Assembly (NCBI GenBank): GCA_050294405.1
Contig: JBNKOC010000012.1
Coordinates: 352,001 to 416,000 of the forward strand
DNA from: Fibrobacteria bacterium
GTDB taxonomy: Bacteria; Fibrobacterota; Fibrobacteria; UBA11236; JADFYW01
Length of the DNA: 64,000 nucleotides
Direction of reading: 5' to 3'
This document shows positions 45,717 through 56,577 of the stretch, in pieces; position 1 is the stretch's first letter; each line of letters begins with the position of its first letter. A program made the translations under genes and the position numbers. The notes below the pieces were generated by a model. The model ran no database searches and was not told the origin of the DNA. It worked only from the letters and a program-made list of their open reading frames with translations.

Positions 45717-47492
45717 TTAGCTTTTTTTGGGTTTATCCGGGAAAAATATCTGGAATTTGCTTCCTTTATTTAACTTGCTATCCACTCTAATAAACCCATC
45801 CATTTGCTTTACAATGCCATAGACTGTGGAAAGCCCTAAGCCGGTGCCTTTTCCAATGTCTTTAGTGGTAAAAAAAGGTTCAAAAATTTGGCCTAAAGTT
45901 TCTGCGGTCATTCCCTGTCCCGTATCTTCCACAGATAAAACCACATATTGTCCCGGAATTTCCTGAGAGCTATTTTGAATATCTGAAGAGCGAAGGTGGA
46001 CCTTTTCTGTGGAAATTAGAATGTTGCCCTCTCCTTCAATGGCGTCTTTAGAGTTTATGACTAGATTCATGATGACTTGCTCAACGCTGGTTTTATCGGC
46101 ATAAACATAACAGCTATGGGAGCTAAGCTTCATTTCCAGATGAATGTGCTTTTCCATTAATCTCTGGATCATTTCCAGTAAATTGGATACCACTTGATTC
46201 AAATCCAACATTTCCAGGGTAACAGGTTTTCGACGGCTAAAAGCAAGAAGTTGCTGGGTTAATTTTTTGCCTCTTTGTGCAGCCTCTTTTATTAATCTGA
46301 CTTCCTCTTGGCTATCCGAATCTTTGCTTAAATTTTCCCCCAAAAAATCAGCGTTTAAAGTAATAGTGGCCAAAATATTATTGTAATCATGGGCAATTCC
46401 TCCAGCCAATCTCCCGGTAGCTTCCATTTTTTGTGCCTGACGCAGTTGGGCTTCCAGTTTAGCCTGAATGTGCTCGCCTTCTATACGACTTGTTATATCT
46501 TCCACTGAGCCCAATAAAAATTTTTGGTTGTGGTATTCAATGGGCTTTAGAGAAATTTCGCAATAACGCTCTTTTTCTCCCTGGATTTTCCAAAGGAGTT
46601 TGGACTCTTGCCTATTAAACGCCATGTTTATGGCTTCTTCTAACCTGCCGCTCCAATCAGAATTGGGTTGGGGGTGTTGGGAAAATAACTCTTGGCTGCT
46701 AAGTCCGATTAGCTTTTCTTTAGAGCTGCCCCACAACCGAGTGAATTTTTCGTTGCACTCCTCCAGTTTGTCTCCCAAAACCATGATTCCCAGTTGAGAA
46801 CTTTCAAAAAGGTTTTGGTATTTTTCTTCTCTTTCGTCCTCGTAGAGAACCATAGGTTTTCCTACCCGGCGGAATAAATCCAAACCAACCACGATCACAA
46901 AAAATACAACCATGGCATTTAACCAACTGGCCTTGTAAAATGGTTCCCGAAGTTCTCGCATATCCATTTTTGCGGTTAAGCCAAGGTTGAGTTCGGAAAT
47001 GGGGGTGGTAGCGGCTAAAACCCTATCGCCTGAATAGTCCCATTGGTTGGCAAGAGCCCCTTCGGGATTTTTTAAAGCAAGGTACAGAGGTAAATTTTGG
47101 GCCCTGGCCAGGGGGATGGATTCTAATTGCCCACTGGAAATTTTATGGCTAAAAATCAGATAAAAAATGGAGTCTTTTATTTGAGCGCTTACAAGGAACT
47201 CGCCAGTTTCACCAAAGCCATGAAATTCTGATTGCGCCTTTTGAATTATTTTTAGGAACTCCAATTTTTCTTGGCCTTCGGACCCTGAATTATTTGTCTT
47301 ATGAGTTTCATTTAAATTGCGAATCCAACTTCTTTGAAAGTGGAGCATGTCTCCTAGCAAAGTTTTTTGATAGCTTAAATAGGAGTTGTACAAAATTATG
47401 TTCGCAATTACGGCCACGCAAATGGAAATAGCCATCATGATGGCCATTAAAACCAAACCCCGTTTTCGGGTGCTAATCAATCTTCTTGCCAT
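45717..47492 (-). CDS. Membrane sensor histidine kinase (periplasmic domain, PAS, no receiver)
   Basis: Two TM helices; QAQKMEATGRLAGGIAHDYNN; FEPFFTTK..GTGLGL. Confidence 0.9.
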   Translation of the reverse strand: MARRLISTRKRGLVLMAIMMAISICVAVIANIILYNSYLSYQKTLLGDMLHFQRSWIRNLNETHKTNNSGSEGQEKLEFLKIIQKAQSEFHGFGETGEFLVSAQIKDSIFYLIFSHKISSGQLESIPLARAQNLPLYLALKNPEGALANQWDYSGDRVLAATTPISELNLGLTAKMDMRELREPFYKASWLNAMVVFFVIVVGLDLFRRVGKPMVLYEDEREEKYQNLFESSQLGIMVLGDKLEECNEKFTRLWGSSKEKLIGLSSQELFSQHPQPNSDWSGRLEEAINMAFNRQESKLLWKIQGEKERYCEISLKPIEYHNQKFLLGSVEDITSRIEGEHIQAKLEAQLRQAQKMEATGRLAGGIAHDYNNILATITLNADFLGENLSKDSDSQEEVRLIKEAAQRGKKLTQQLLAFSRRKPVTLEMLDLNQVVSNLLEMIQRLMEKHIHLEMKLSSHSCYVYADKTSVEQVIMNLVINSKDAIEGEGNILISTEKVHLRSSDIQNSSQEIPGQYVVLSVEDTGQGMTAETLGQIFEPFFTTKDIGKGTGLGLSTVYGIVKQMDGFIRVDSKLNKGSKFQIFFPDKPKKS

Positions 47493-47662
47493 AATATTTT
47501 TAAAGCCAGGCCTTACTGGCCCTGATTAATGATAATTGAGTCTGTTTTAAATATCCCAAACTCCCTTCTGACAAATTGTCAAGTTCTTATTTTGAATTCC
47601 CATTCAATTTAACCGGGAGAAATTGTCTTTTATTTGGTTGGAAGTATGTCCCGAAAAAATTG

Positions 47663-47677
47663 GGGTATGAATGTTGC
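47663..47677 (+). promoter_or_regulatory. sigma54-like promoter upstream of the glycogen operon
   Basis: GGGTAT-GAATG-TTGC; TGACAAATTGTCA at 47569-47581. Confidence 0.5.
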
Positions 47678-47817
47678 TTTCTCAATTTTATTAAACAGAG
47701 GGTCCGACAAAAATTTTAGATGAGAAAGCACAAAAAAGGAATGCAAAATTACCATGCTATAGCTAATTTTTACCCAAAATACAGAGAAATTTGAAGAATA
47801 AATTTCTGAGGAAAAAA

Positions 47818-49794
47818 ATGACAGACGCTTTTAAAATCGACCGATCTCTTTGTTTAAACCTGGAAAAGGCCCTGGATGTTGAGTGGTTAGAAACGAACCA
47901 ACTGGGGGCCTACAGTTCCAGCACCATTCTCAATTGCCATACCAGAAAATATCACGGCCTTTTGGTAACTCCCCTGGCTGGACTCCCTGACAAATATGTT
48001 CTTTTGTCAAAATTAGACATTTCAGTTTTGACAAATCAAAAGGAGTTCTTTCTTGATACTAACAAATACCCTGGCGTGTTCCATGCCACTGGGCATCAGT
48101 TTATCGAATACTTTGACTATGGTGTCTGCCCAGAAGTAGTTTGGCGTATTGGCGATGTTTTGCTTAAACGTTCGATTATGTTGGTTCCTAATAAAAACCA
48201 ACTGCTTGTAAAAATTTCAGTGTTAGAAGGGGAGAAGTCTTTAAAAATTCGCATTCGCCCTAAAATTGCCTACCGCAATTTCCACCATTTGGTTCGGGAA
48301 AACATGGACATCCAGGTTAAAACCTTCCAGGAAGGCAAAAACGGAATGAAAGTCGAGCCCTATTCCGGTATGCCTCCCATGTACATCCATACCAACAGCG
48401 TATTTGAATTTCATCCCGGGCCTACTTGGTTTACCAATGTGGAATACCTTGAAGAGAGGTTTCGAGGGTTCCCTTACCAGGAAGATTTGTTTGCCCCCGG
48501 GGTAATGGACAAGAGGCTCTCAGCCAAACAAGATTTTTATCTTTCTGTAGGATTGGAGCCTAAAGCATCTAACCCAAAATCAGGTTTTGAAAAACTTTAC
48601 GAACAGCGCAAAGCCGAATTTGAAAAAAATAAAAAAGGCGGCAGCCTGGAAATTCTCAAAAACCGCTCCCAATCTTTCGTGGTTTACAATCACAAAAAAG
48701 AACCCTCCATTATTGCAGGCTACCACTGGTTTTTAGAGTGGGGCCGAGATGCCATGATTTCTCTGCCTGGCCTCACCATTTACTCCGGGAAGCCAGAATT
48801 GGGATTGGAAATTCTAAAGACCTATGGCAAATACGAAAAAAATGGTTTAATTCCAAACACGCTTTCCAGCTTTGCGGATGATCATGGATATAATTCTATC
48901 GACGCCGCCCTTTGGTATGTATGGGCAGCACATGTGTACTTTCGCGAAGTGAAAGATATGGACGGGTTCATGCAACATGTATTCCCCACAGTAAATAACA
49001 TTGTGGAATCCATTGTTAATGGCACCAATGGTTTGTTAAAACTCAATGAGTTTGCCCTGTTAAGCGCTGGGAGCCCCGACACCCAACTTACCTGGATGGA
49101 TGCCACTGCCAATGGAAAACCAGTAACTCCGCGTTATGGAATGGCTGTGGAAATAAATGCCCTTTGGATTAGCGCTCTTGCCTTCGTAATTGATTTAAGG
49201 CAAGGTGAAAAATCCTTTGGCCTATCTGGTTGGCTTGAGCTTCTGAAAAAGGCAGAACATAATTTCAAAGAAAAATTTTGGGTTGAAGATGGGGGCTATC
49301 TGGCAGATGTTGTGAATGAAAACGGCCAGGATACTTCGGTTCGTCCCAATCAAATTTTCGCTCTCTCGGTTCCTCATTCGGTGCTTTCCAACGAAGAGAA
49401 AAAATCGGTGCTACAATGCGTTAACAGGGAATTGGTAACCCCCTTTGGACTGAGAACCCTTTCTCCAAAAGATCCAAAGTTCAAGGGCGAATATTCCGGC
49501 AACCCCGACAAGAGAGATTCGGCATACCATCAGGGCACAGTATGGCCCTGGCTTAGCGGAGCTTACATTGAGGCCTGTTTGAAATCGTCGCAAAAGAAAA
49601 AGTCCGAAGCCAAACGCCTCAAAGATTTGTTCGCTCCAATGTGGGAAAAGCACATATATCAACATGGTTTATTAAGTATTGCAGAAATTTTTGATGGAAA
49701 TCCTCCCCATAAACCAAGGGGATGTATTGCCCAGGCGTGGAGCGTTGCTGAAGCTATTCGTGGCCAGGTTTTGATTGAAAAGGTGTTGGTATGA
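47818..49794 (+). CDS. Amylo-alpha-1,6-glucosidase (glycogen debranching, GH133)
   Basis: EWLETN.LG.Y, TRKYHGLL, AGYHWF.EWGRD, LTWMDA, RPNQ, YHQGTVWPW, QAWSVAE. Confidence 0.93.
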   Translation: MTDAFKIDRSLCLNLEKALDVEWLETNQLGAYSSSTILNCHTRKYHGLLVTPLAGLPDKYVLLSKLDISVLTNQKEFFLDTNKYPGVFHATGHQFIEYFDYGVCPEVVWRIGDVLLKRSIMLVPNKNQLLVKISVLEGEKSLKIRIRPKIAYRNFHHLVRENMDIQVKTFQEGKNGMKVEPYSGMPPMYIHTNSVFEFHPGPTWFTNVEYLEERFRGFPYQEDLFAPGVMDKRLSAKQDFYLSVGLEPKASNPKSGFEKLYEQRKAEFEKNKKGGSLEILKNRSQSFVVYNHKKEPSIIAGYHWFLEWGRDAMISLPGLTIYSGKPELGLEILKTYGKYEKNGLIPNTLSSFADDHGYNSIDAALWYVWAAHVYFREVKDMDGFMQHVFPTVNNIVESIVNGTNGLLKLNEFALLSAGSPDTQLTWMDATANGKPVTPRYGMAVEINALWISALAFVIDLRQGEKSFGLSGWLELLKKAEHNFKEKFWVEDGGYLADVVNENGQDTSVRPNQIFALSVPHSVLSNEEKKSVLQCVNRELVTPFGLRTLSPKDPKFKGEYSGNPDKRDSAYHQGTVWPWLSGAYIEACLKSSQKKKSEAKRLKDLFAPMWEKHIYQHGLLSIAEIFDGNPPHKPRGCIAQAWSVAEAIRGQVLIEKVLV

Positions 49795-51080
49795 AAATAT
49801 TAATGTTTGGTTGGGAGTTCCCCCCTTACATAAGTGGAGGGTTGGGAACAGCATGCTACGGCATGACACAGGCGCTTTGCCAAATGGGAATGAAAATAAC
49901 ATTTGTCCTTCCTAAGATAAAAGGTGGTCTTGGGGATAATTCACCTGTTGAGGTGGTAGGAGCAAATCAGGTTTCAGAAGAGATTATCCATAGCCAAAAA
50001 ATGCAATGGGAATCCAAATTGAAATTACTTGAAGTGAACTCTTCTTTATTGCCTTACATGAATGAGGAAACTTATGTAAAACATATTGAAGAGGTGCGCA
50101 AACACGAATCTGAAAATAAAAGTTCCGAATTTAGAGGCATTATTGATTTAGAAGGAGATTATGGCCATGATTTGTTGGGGGAAGTGTACAGATACTCCAT
50201 GATAGGCTCCTTTCTCGGCAAAAAGCCAGGGTACCATATTATACATGCCCACGATTGGATGACATACCCCGCAGGTATTGAAGCTAAAAAATCTTCAGGA
50301 TTGCCTTTGATTGTACATGTTCACGCTACTGAATTTGATCGTTCCGGCGAAACACCTAATATTGATATTTATAACATTGAAAAGTGGGGAATGGAAGAAG
50401 CTGACGTGGTTATAGCCGTTAGCCAAAGAACTAAGAATTTAATTGTAGAAAAGTATGGAATTGATTATCATAAGGTGCATGTGGTGCACAATGCCGTGAC
50501 TAAGGAAAAAACTCTGGATAAAAGTGAAGCGCCAAAATTTTTAAAGGAAAAAATTGTATTGTTTCTGGGACGTGTTACCATGCAAAAAGGACCTGACTAT
50601 TTTATTGAGGCGGCTCATGAGGTTTTAAAAAAGGTTAAAAATGTTCGCTTTGTTATGGCTGGCGCTGGAGATATGTTACCCAGGATGATAGAAAGGGCGG
50701 CTGAGCTCAGGATGCAGGACAAGTTCCATTTCACAGGTTTTTTAAGAGGCGTGCAACGTGAAAAAATATTTTCCATGTGCGACTTATATGTAATGCCATC
50801 CGTATCTGAGCCGTTTGGTATCACTCCTTTTGAAGTTATGAAATACGGAGTACCTATTATCGTTTCTAAGCAATCGGGTATTACTGAAGTTATTGAAAAT
50901 CTGATTAAAGTTGATTTTTGGGATATAAACAAATTGGCCAGTTCTATTACTAATGTTTTGTCTGACAGCAGCCTTTCCTCTCACTTGGTGGAGCGCAGCT
51001 CCAGAGAACTGGAAAGCATTGATTGGTCGAACTCAGCCAGCCTTATTTCCCATTTGTATTATGAGGTTGCAAAAATATGA
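49791..51080 (+). CDS. GT4-type glycosyltransferase (probable glycogen synthase)
   Basis: GWEFPPYISGGLG, HAHDW, HATEFDR, QKGPDYF, SEPFG. Confidence 0.85.
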   Translation: MKILMFGWEFPPYISGGLGTACYGMTQALCQMGMKITFVLPKIKGGLGDNSPVEVVGANQVSEEIIHSQKMQWESKLKLLEVNSSLLPYMNEETYVKHIEEVRKHESENKSSEFRGIIDLEGDYGHDLLGEVYRYSMIGSFLGKKPGYHIIHAHDWMTYPAGIEAKKSSGLPLIVHVHATEFDRSGETPNIDIYNIEKWGMEEADVVIAVSQRTKNLIVEKYGIDYHKVHVVHNAVTKEKTLDKSEAPKFLKEKIVLFLGRVTMQKGPDYFIEAAHEVLKKVKNVRFVMAGAGDMLPRMIERAAELRMQDKFHFTGFLRGVQREKIFSMCDLYVMPSVSEPFGITPFEVMKYGVPIIVSKQSGITEVIENLIKVDFWDINKLASSITNVLSDSSLSSHLVERSSRELESIDWSNSASLISHLYYEVAKI

Positions 51081-52276
51081 TTTCTGTTTGTTTTTATTTT
51101 CAGGTACATCAGCCCTTTAGATTGAGAAAAGATTACTCCTTTTTTGATATTGGCGGAAATCATATGTATGAAGATTCCGATGCGAATCGGGAAATCATGC
51201 TAAAGGTCGCCAGAAAGTGTTACCTGCCCGCTAATGAAACCATGCTAAAGCTTATTAATAAACATGAGGGGAAGTTTCGGATTTCCTATTCCATAAGCGG
51301 TGTGTGCCTGGAACAGTTCGAATTGTACGCCCCTGAAGTACTGGAAAGCTTTCAGAAATTAGTGGATACAGGCTGTGTGGAACTCATTAATGAGACTTAT
51401 TACCATTCCCTGGCTTTTCTGTTTTCCAAAAAGGAATTTGTAAATCAGGTAAAGGCGCATAAAAAAAAGCTTAAAGACTTATTTGGCGTAACCCCAAAAA
51501 CTTTTCGCAACACGGAATTGATTTATAACAACGACTTGGCGAAGGAAATCGAAAACCTGGGTTATGAAGTCATTTTAACGGAAGGCGCGGATCAAATTTT
51601 GGGTTGGAGAAGCCCTAATTTTGTGTATCAGCCGGCCCCATGTTATAAGCTAAAGCTTTTGTTAAAAAACTATAAGCTCTCTGACGATATTGCCTTTCGT
51701 TTTTCAAATCGGGATTGGGAAGAATTCCCCTTAACCACTGAAAAGTTTGCCCAATGGGTACACGCTTTAGCTGGAAACGGAGAAGTCTTAAATTTGTTTA
51801 TGGATTATGAAACCTTTGGGGAACACCAATGGGAAGATACGGGCATCTTTAAGTTTTTAGATCACCTTCCCGAACAAGTCATGTCCCACCCTGATTTTCG
51901 ATTTTTAACTCCCAGCGAAGTGGGAAAAAAACATCAGCCCATGTCCAAAATGGATGTTCCTCATTTTATTTCCTGGGCCGATTTGGAAAGAGACTTAACA
52001 GCCTGGCTGGGAAACCCCTTGCAGGATTCCGCAATTGATTATGCCTACAGCCTTATGAATGCCGTATTAAAATCCAAGGACATCCAACTGATTCACACAT
52101 GGAGAAAGTTGCTGACTTCGGATCATTTTTATTACATGTGCACAAAATGGTTTAGCGATGGTGATGTACATAAGTACTTCAACCCCTACAATAGTCCATA
52201 TGATGCCTATGTAATATACACTAATGTTTTAAATGATTTAAAAGAGACATTAACCCAACGCGGCATAGCCGTTTAA
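51077..52276 (+). CDS. GH57 alpha-amylase family protein
   Basis: FQVHQP, ETYYHSL, RNTELIY, MDYETFGEH, SDHFYYM. Confidence 0.92.
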   Translation: MISVCFYFQVHQPFRLRKDYSFFDIGGNHMYEDSDANREIMLKVARKCYLPANETMLKLINKHEGKFRISYSISGVCLEQFELYAPEVLESFQKLVDTGCVELINETYYHSLAFLFSKKEFVNQVKAHKKKLKDLFGVTPKTFRNTELIYNNDLAKEIENLGYEVILTEGADQILGWRSPNFVYQPAPCYKLKLLLKNYKLSDDIAFRFSNRDWEEFPLTTEKFAQWVHALAGNGEVLNLFMDYETFGEHQWEDTGIFKFLDHLPEQVMSHPDFRFLTPSEVGKKHQPMSKMDVPHFISWADLERDLTAWLGNPLQDSAIDYAYSLMNAVLKSKDIQLIHTWRKLLTSDHFYYMCTKWFSDGDVHKYFNPYNSPYDAYVIYTNVLNDLKETLTQRGIAV

Positions 52277-52295
52277 CTCAAACCCCCGGGAAAAT

Positions 52296-54854
52296 ATGAC
52301 CCAATACAAATCATTTACCGTATTGCCAGCTACGCCTGAGCGTCTGAATCCTCTTTTGGAAATGGCATATAATATGTGGATTTCCTGGAATTATGAGGCA
52401 TCCCAGTTGTTTAAAAAATTAGATCCGGTTAGCTGGAAAGCTTCCAGTGAAAACTGGGTTCGTATGTTATGTATGATCCCCCACGAAAAACTCGAGGAGG
52501 CCGCCAAGGATAAAGCCTTTTTGGAGCAAATGGACAGGCTTTACGTTCGCTTCAAAAATTACATGGAATCCACCACCTGGTACGAAAGAAAATTTGGCTC
52601 TAAAGAGCAAGCTTATGTGGCCTATTTTTCTTGCGAATACGGAATGCACCATTCCCTTCCCATTTATAGCGGAGGTTTGGGAATTTTATCAGGGGACCAT
52701 TTGAAGTCTGCCAGTGATTTGGGAATTCCCCTAGTGGCAGTGGGTATGTTATATAGACAAGGCTATTTTAAGCAGAGAATAAATGCAGAAGGTTGGCAGC
52801 AGGAAATCTTCCCTGAAAATGATTGGTACAGTCTTCCGGTTAAATTGGTTAAAAAAGAAGATGGGCATAGGCTTTTGTTGTCCATAAATATTGGAGAAGA
52901 ATTGGTGCATTTTCAGGTTTGGTCGGTAGCTGTAGGCAGAATTTTCCTTTATCTGCTGGATACTAATCTGGAAATAAACACTCCTGAAAATAGAGACATT
53001 ACCATGCGTCTTTACGATACACATGGCGATGTTCGTATTAAACAGGAGGTTTTACTTGGTATTGGTGGCGTGAGAGCATTAAAAGCCATTGGAATTAATC
53101 CCAGTGTGTACCACTCCAATGAAGGACATTCCGCCTTTTTGATGATAGAGCGTATTCGCAACCTAATGAAAGAATACGATTTATCGTTCAAAGAAGCTCG
53201 TGAACTTACCTGGGCCTGTAATGTATTTACCACTCACACTCCCGTTCCCGCGGGAAACGAGCGTTTTGATGTGGAAAAAATCGAAAATTATTTAGCCAAA
53301 TATGTAAGCGAAATTGGAATGTCCATGGATGAATTCATCGGATTGGGTAGAGAAAATCCGGCTGACTCTGAGGAAAAATTCTGCATGACTGTGCTTGCCT
53401 TAAAACTTGCCTCTCATGCAAATGGAGTGGCTAAATTACATGGGGTTATTTCCCGAGAAATGTGGCAAAAATTATTTTCTGAAATACCCATGGATGAAAT
53501 ACCCATTGGCCATATAACAAATGGTATACATACCCGCAGTTGGCTGAGCCCTCAACTGTCTTCGCTTATATTGAGGTATTTGGGACCCGAAACTTTGGAT
53601 GAACCCAGTGAATTGGGAACCTTTAAGGATATAGATAAAATTCCCGATGCGGAACTCTGGAAAGTCCATGAAGAAAGAAGAAAAATTTTGGTTTATTTTT
53701 GCCGCAAACGGGTTCAATCCAGAATCAGAAGAATAGGGGGGACTGCAGACCAGGTCTCCAAGGCCCAGGAAATTTTAGTGCCGAACATATTAACCATTGG
53801 TTTTGCCAGAAGGTTCGCCACATACAAAAGGGCAAATCTTTTATTAAAGGATCCCGAACGCTTAAAACGACTGATACTAAACCCGGAAAGACCAGTGCAA
53901 TTTGTTTTTTCTGGAAAGGCCCATCCGGCGGATCATCAAGGCAAAGAATTGATTAAAGAAATTTACAACTTTGCCATTCAAAATGGATTGTCCCATAGAA
54001 TAGTTTTTCTGGAAGATTACGACTATGCCGTGGCCAGGCATTTGGTTCAAGGTGTAGATGTATGGTTAAATAATCCTCGTCGTCCTCTGGAAGCTTCTGG
54101 AACCTCGGGAATGAAAGCTGCCGTAAATGGAAGCCTCAACTTAAGTGTTATGGACGGTTGGTGGGACGAAGCTTACACCCCAGAAGTGGGTTGGAGCATT
54201 GGAAATGGGGAAGAATATGCCGATACCAAATATCAGGATGACATTGAAGGCAGTTTGTTGTACCGGGTGTTAGAGCAGGATATAATCCCTACTTTTTACA
54301 ACCGAAATGAACAAGGTATTCCTGAACAATGGGTGTATATGATGAAGCAATCCATTGGAAAACTAGGTTCCTATTTTAATACCCACCGTATGGTTATGGA
54401 CTACACCAACAAGTTTTATATAAAAGCTGACGAACTTTTCCATGTGCTAATGGAAAGCGGAGCCAGTGCGGCTAAAGAACTTGCCGCCTGGAGAGATAAG
54501 GTGAATCGGGAATGGGATGATATTCAAATCTTAAAAGTTGAGTCCAATGTTACGGAAGTGATGTATGTTGGGAATGAACTACAGGTAACTGCCCAGGTGA
54601 ATTTAGGCAAGTTTAAGCCTGAAAACATTATTGTGGAAGTCTACCACGGCTCCCTATCAGCACAAAATAATATTGAAAAAGGCTATCGGGTTCGTATGGA
54701 ACCTGAAAGCGGGGAAGGCAGTATTGTAAACTTTAAAGGTTCAATCCCCTGTCAAACAGGCGGAAGATATGGCTTCTCGGTGAGGTTATTGCCTGGTCAC
54801 AAAAACTTGGCCGTCCAGTTTTTGCCGGGCCTTATAAAATGGGCCGCTTTATAG
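52296..54854 (+). CDS. glgP: Alpha-glucan (glycogen) phosphorylase
   Basis: YSGGLG, NEGH, FTTHTP, ARRFATYKR, EASGTSGMK (PLP lysine). Confidence 0.95.
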   Translation: MTQYKSFTVLPATPERLNPLLEMAYNMWISWNYEASQLFKKLDPVSWKASSENWVRMLCMIPHEKLEEAAKDKAFLEQMDRLYVRFKNYMESTTWYERKFGSKEQAYVAYFSCEYGMHHSLPIYSGGLGILSGDHLKSASDLGIPLVAVGMLYRQGYFKQRINAEGWQQEIFPENDWYSLPVKLVKKEDGHRLLLSINIGEELVHFQVWSVAVGRIFLYLLDTNLEINTPENRDITMRLYDTHGDVRIKQEVLLGIGGVRALKAIGINPSVYHSNEGHSAFLMIERIRNLMKEYDLSFKEARELTWACNVFTTHTPVPAGNERFDVEKIENYLAKYVSEIGMSMDEFIGLGRENPADSEEKFCMTVLALKLASHANGVAKLHGVISREMWQKLFSEIPMDEIPIGHITNGIHTRSWLSPQLSSLILRYLGPETLDEPSELGTFKDIDKIPDAELWKVHEERRKILVYFCRKRVQSRIRRIGGTADQVSKAQEILVPNILTIGFARRFATYKRANLLLKDPERLKRLILNPERPVQFVFSGKAHPADHQGKELIKEIYNFAIQNGLSHRIVFLEDYDYAVARHLVQGVDVWLNNPRRPLEASGTSGMKAAVNGSLNLSVMDGWWDEAYTPEVGWSIGNGEEYADTKYQDDIEGSLLYRVLEQDIIPTFYNRNEQGIPEQWVYMMKQSIGKLGSYFNTHRMVMDYTNKFYIKADELFHVLMESGASAAKELAAWRDKVNREWDDIQILKVESNVTEVMYVGNELQVTAQVNLGKFKPENIIVEVYHGSLSAQNNIEKGYRVRMEPESGEGSIVNFKGSIPCQTGGRYGFSVRLLPGHKNLAVQFLPGLIKWAAL

Positions 54855-54915
54855 CTGCCCTTTTAATAGTTTCAAATGTATTGGTTAACTTGGCTTTTGC
54901 CAACTTTAATACGCA

Positions 54916-56577
54916 ATGAATAAAAAAACTGAATCTTTTCTTAAAACTTCAGGTGGAGTCCGAAATTACCCAACTTCAAAGGGTATATTTTTACGAAAAA
55001 AAGTAGGCCAAAAATTAAAGCTGCAATATAAACCTCCTATAGATGGAAAACAAATCCAGGTCGTGGCCTGGACGAATATCAATCACGAAGAAGATTGGCG
55101 GGAAGAAGCGTTTTATTACAATACCGAATTACAAAGGTTTGCACTCAGTCTTAGCTTGAGCCATCCGGGGAAGTATTGTTTTAAGGTCAGGTACTCAGAT
55201 GATGGCGGAAGAAGTTGGCATTGGGATAAAGCGGACTATTCTTATCTAATGGTAGATCCATCCTGGGTTGCGGGCTTAAGTTGCTATGTTATAATACCAA
55301 ATGTATCCGGCCCTATATCCCAATGGAAAAAACAATTGGCTCATATTAAAAACATGGGTTTTAATTGGATTCAATTACTTCCGCTAAGCGCAATGGATAC
55401 CAGCCAAAGTCCCTATGCGGCCAGTAAACTGCTTGAATTTGATCCAATATATGGAGAAAATGCCGAATTAGATTTTAAAGATTTTGTCAAGGAAGCCCAC
55501 TCAATGGGTTTTGCTCTTGGCGTGGATTTAGTTTTTAACCATGTGGGAATTGGAAGCCAAATATGTAAACACCACCCGGAGTGGATAGTTGGTGATTGCG
55601 ATGAAGAAGATGGCTTCAAAAGAGCCGGATGGTGGCGAGGCGACGAATGGGTGAAATGGGAAGAACTTGTCCTTATTAATTATAAACACCCTGAACCAAA
55701 AACCAGAAAAGAAATTTGGGAGTACATGCGAAAGTACGCATTGTACTGGTGCTCTCTTATTCAGGGAAATAAAGGGGTTATTCGCCTGGATAATTTCCAC
55801 AGCAGCCACGGGATGTTTATCCGTTTTATTATTCAATCCATACACCAAGCCTTTCCCGATATGATAGTGCTGGCGGAATTTTTTGACAAAGAGCCAGTCA
55901 TGCTGAACAAGGTATGGAATAACCAATTACATTTATTGCTGGCCACACCATGGGAGTCTAAATTTGTTCCTGAATTAAGGCGTTATGTTGGTTATATACA
56001 TGAGAGTTACAATAGTTTTAAGTACTTTTTTCCTATCACAAGCCATGATAGCGGCACACCGGCTCAGGAGTTTGGAGATGTTAAAGCAACATATCCCCGT
56101 TATGCTTTGTCCTCTTTAGCAGGCACTGGGGTTACTGGAATGGTTCAGGGCGTAGAATGCGGCTTGGATAAAAAAATAAATTTTATTGGACCCATGTCCC
56201 GTTTGCAGGAAAAACCCATTCCCGATTTTTGCGAGTTTATCGGCAAAATAAATGGTTTGGCAAATTCTGAATCCGTTTTTTGGACTCATGGAAATTTACT
56301 TTTCTTTGACGAGAACCACGAAGCCATAATAGCCTTTCAGCGCCTGGGAAAATATTACCATTACTTAGTTTTATGTAACTTTGATATTTTCCATAACCAG
56401 AGTCTTCAGCTAAAAAAAGACAACATATTTTTATCTGGTTCCGGGGAATGGCTTTTGGAAAGTTGCTTATGGAATAAAACGGAAAAACCTTTGGAATTAG
56501 TGCAGAAGATTGAGTTAAAACCCTGTGAGGTTAAAGTCTTTAAGCTTAAACCTGCAGGGGAAAATCTAAAAGATTAA
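54916..56577 (+). CDS. GH13-family glucanotransferase/amylase resembling the N-terminal half of eukaryotic debranching enzyme
   Basis: SPYA, DLVFNH, RLDNFHS (nucleophile), LAEFF (acid/base), ITSHDS. Confidence 0.7.
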   Translation: MNKKTESFLKTSGGVRNYPTSKGIFLRKKVGQKLKLQYKPPIDGKQIQVVAWTNINHEEDWREEAFYYNTELQRFALSLSLSHPGKYCFKVRYSDDGGRSWHWDKADYSYLMVDPSWVAGLSCYVIIPNVSGPISQWKKQLAHIKNMGFNWIQLLPLSAMDTSQSPYAASKLLEFDPIYGENAELDFKDFVKEAHSMGFALGVDLVFNHVGIGSQICKHHPEWIVGDCDEEDGFKRAGWWRGDEWVKWEELVLINYKHPEPKTRKEIWEYMRKYALYWCSLIQGNKGVIRLDNFHSSHGMFIRFIIQSIHQAFPDMIVLAEFFDKEPVMLNKVWNNQLHLLLATPWESKFVPELRRYVGYIHESYNSFKYFFPITSHDSGTPAQEFGDVKATYPRYALSSLAGTGVTGMVQGVECGLDKKINFIGPMSRLQEKPIPDFCEFIGKINGLANSESVFWTHGNLLFFDENHEAIIAFQRLGKYYHYLVLCNFDIFHNQSLQLKKDNIFLSGSGEWLLESCLWNKTEKPLELVQKIELKPCEVKVFKLKPAGENLKD

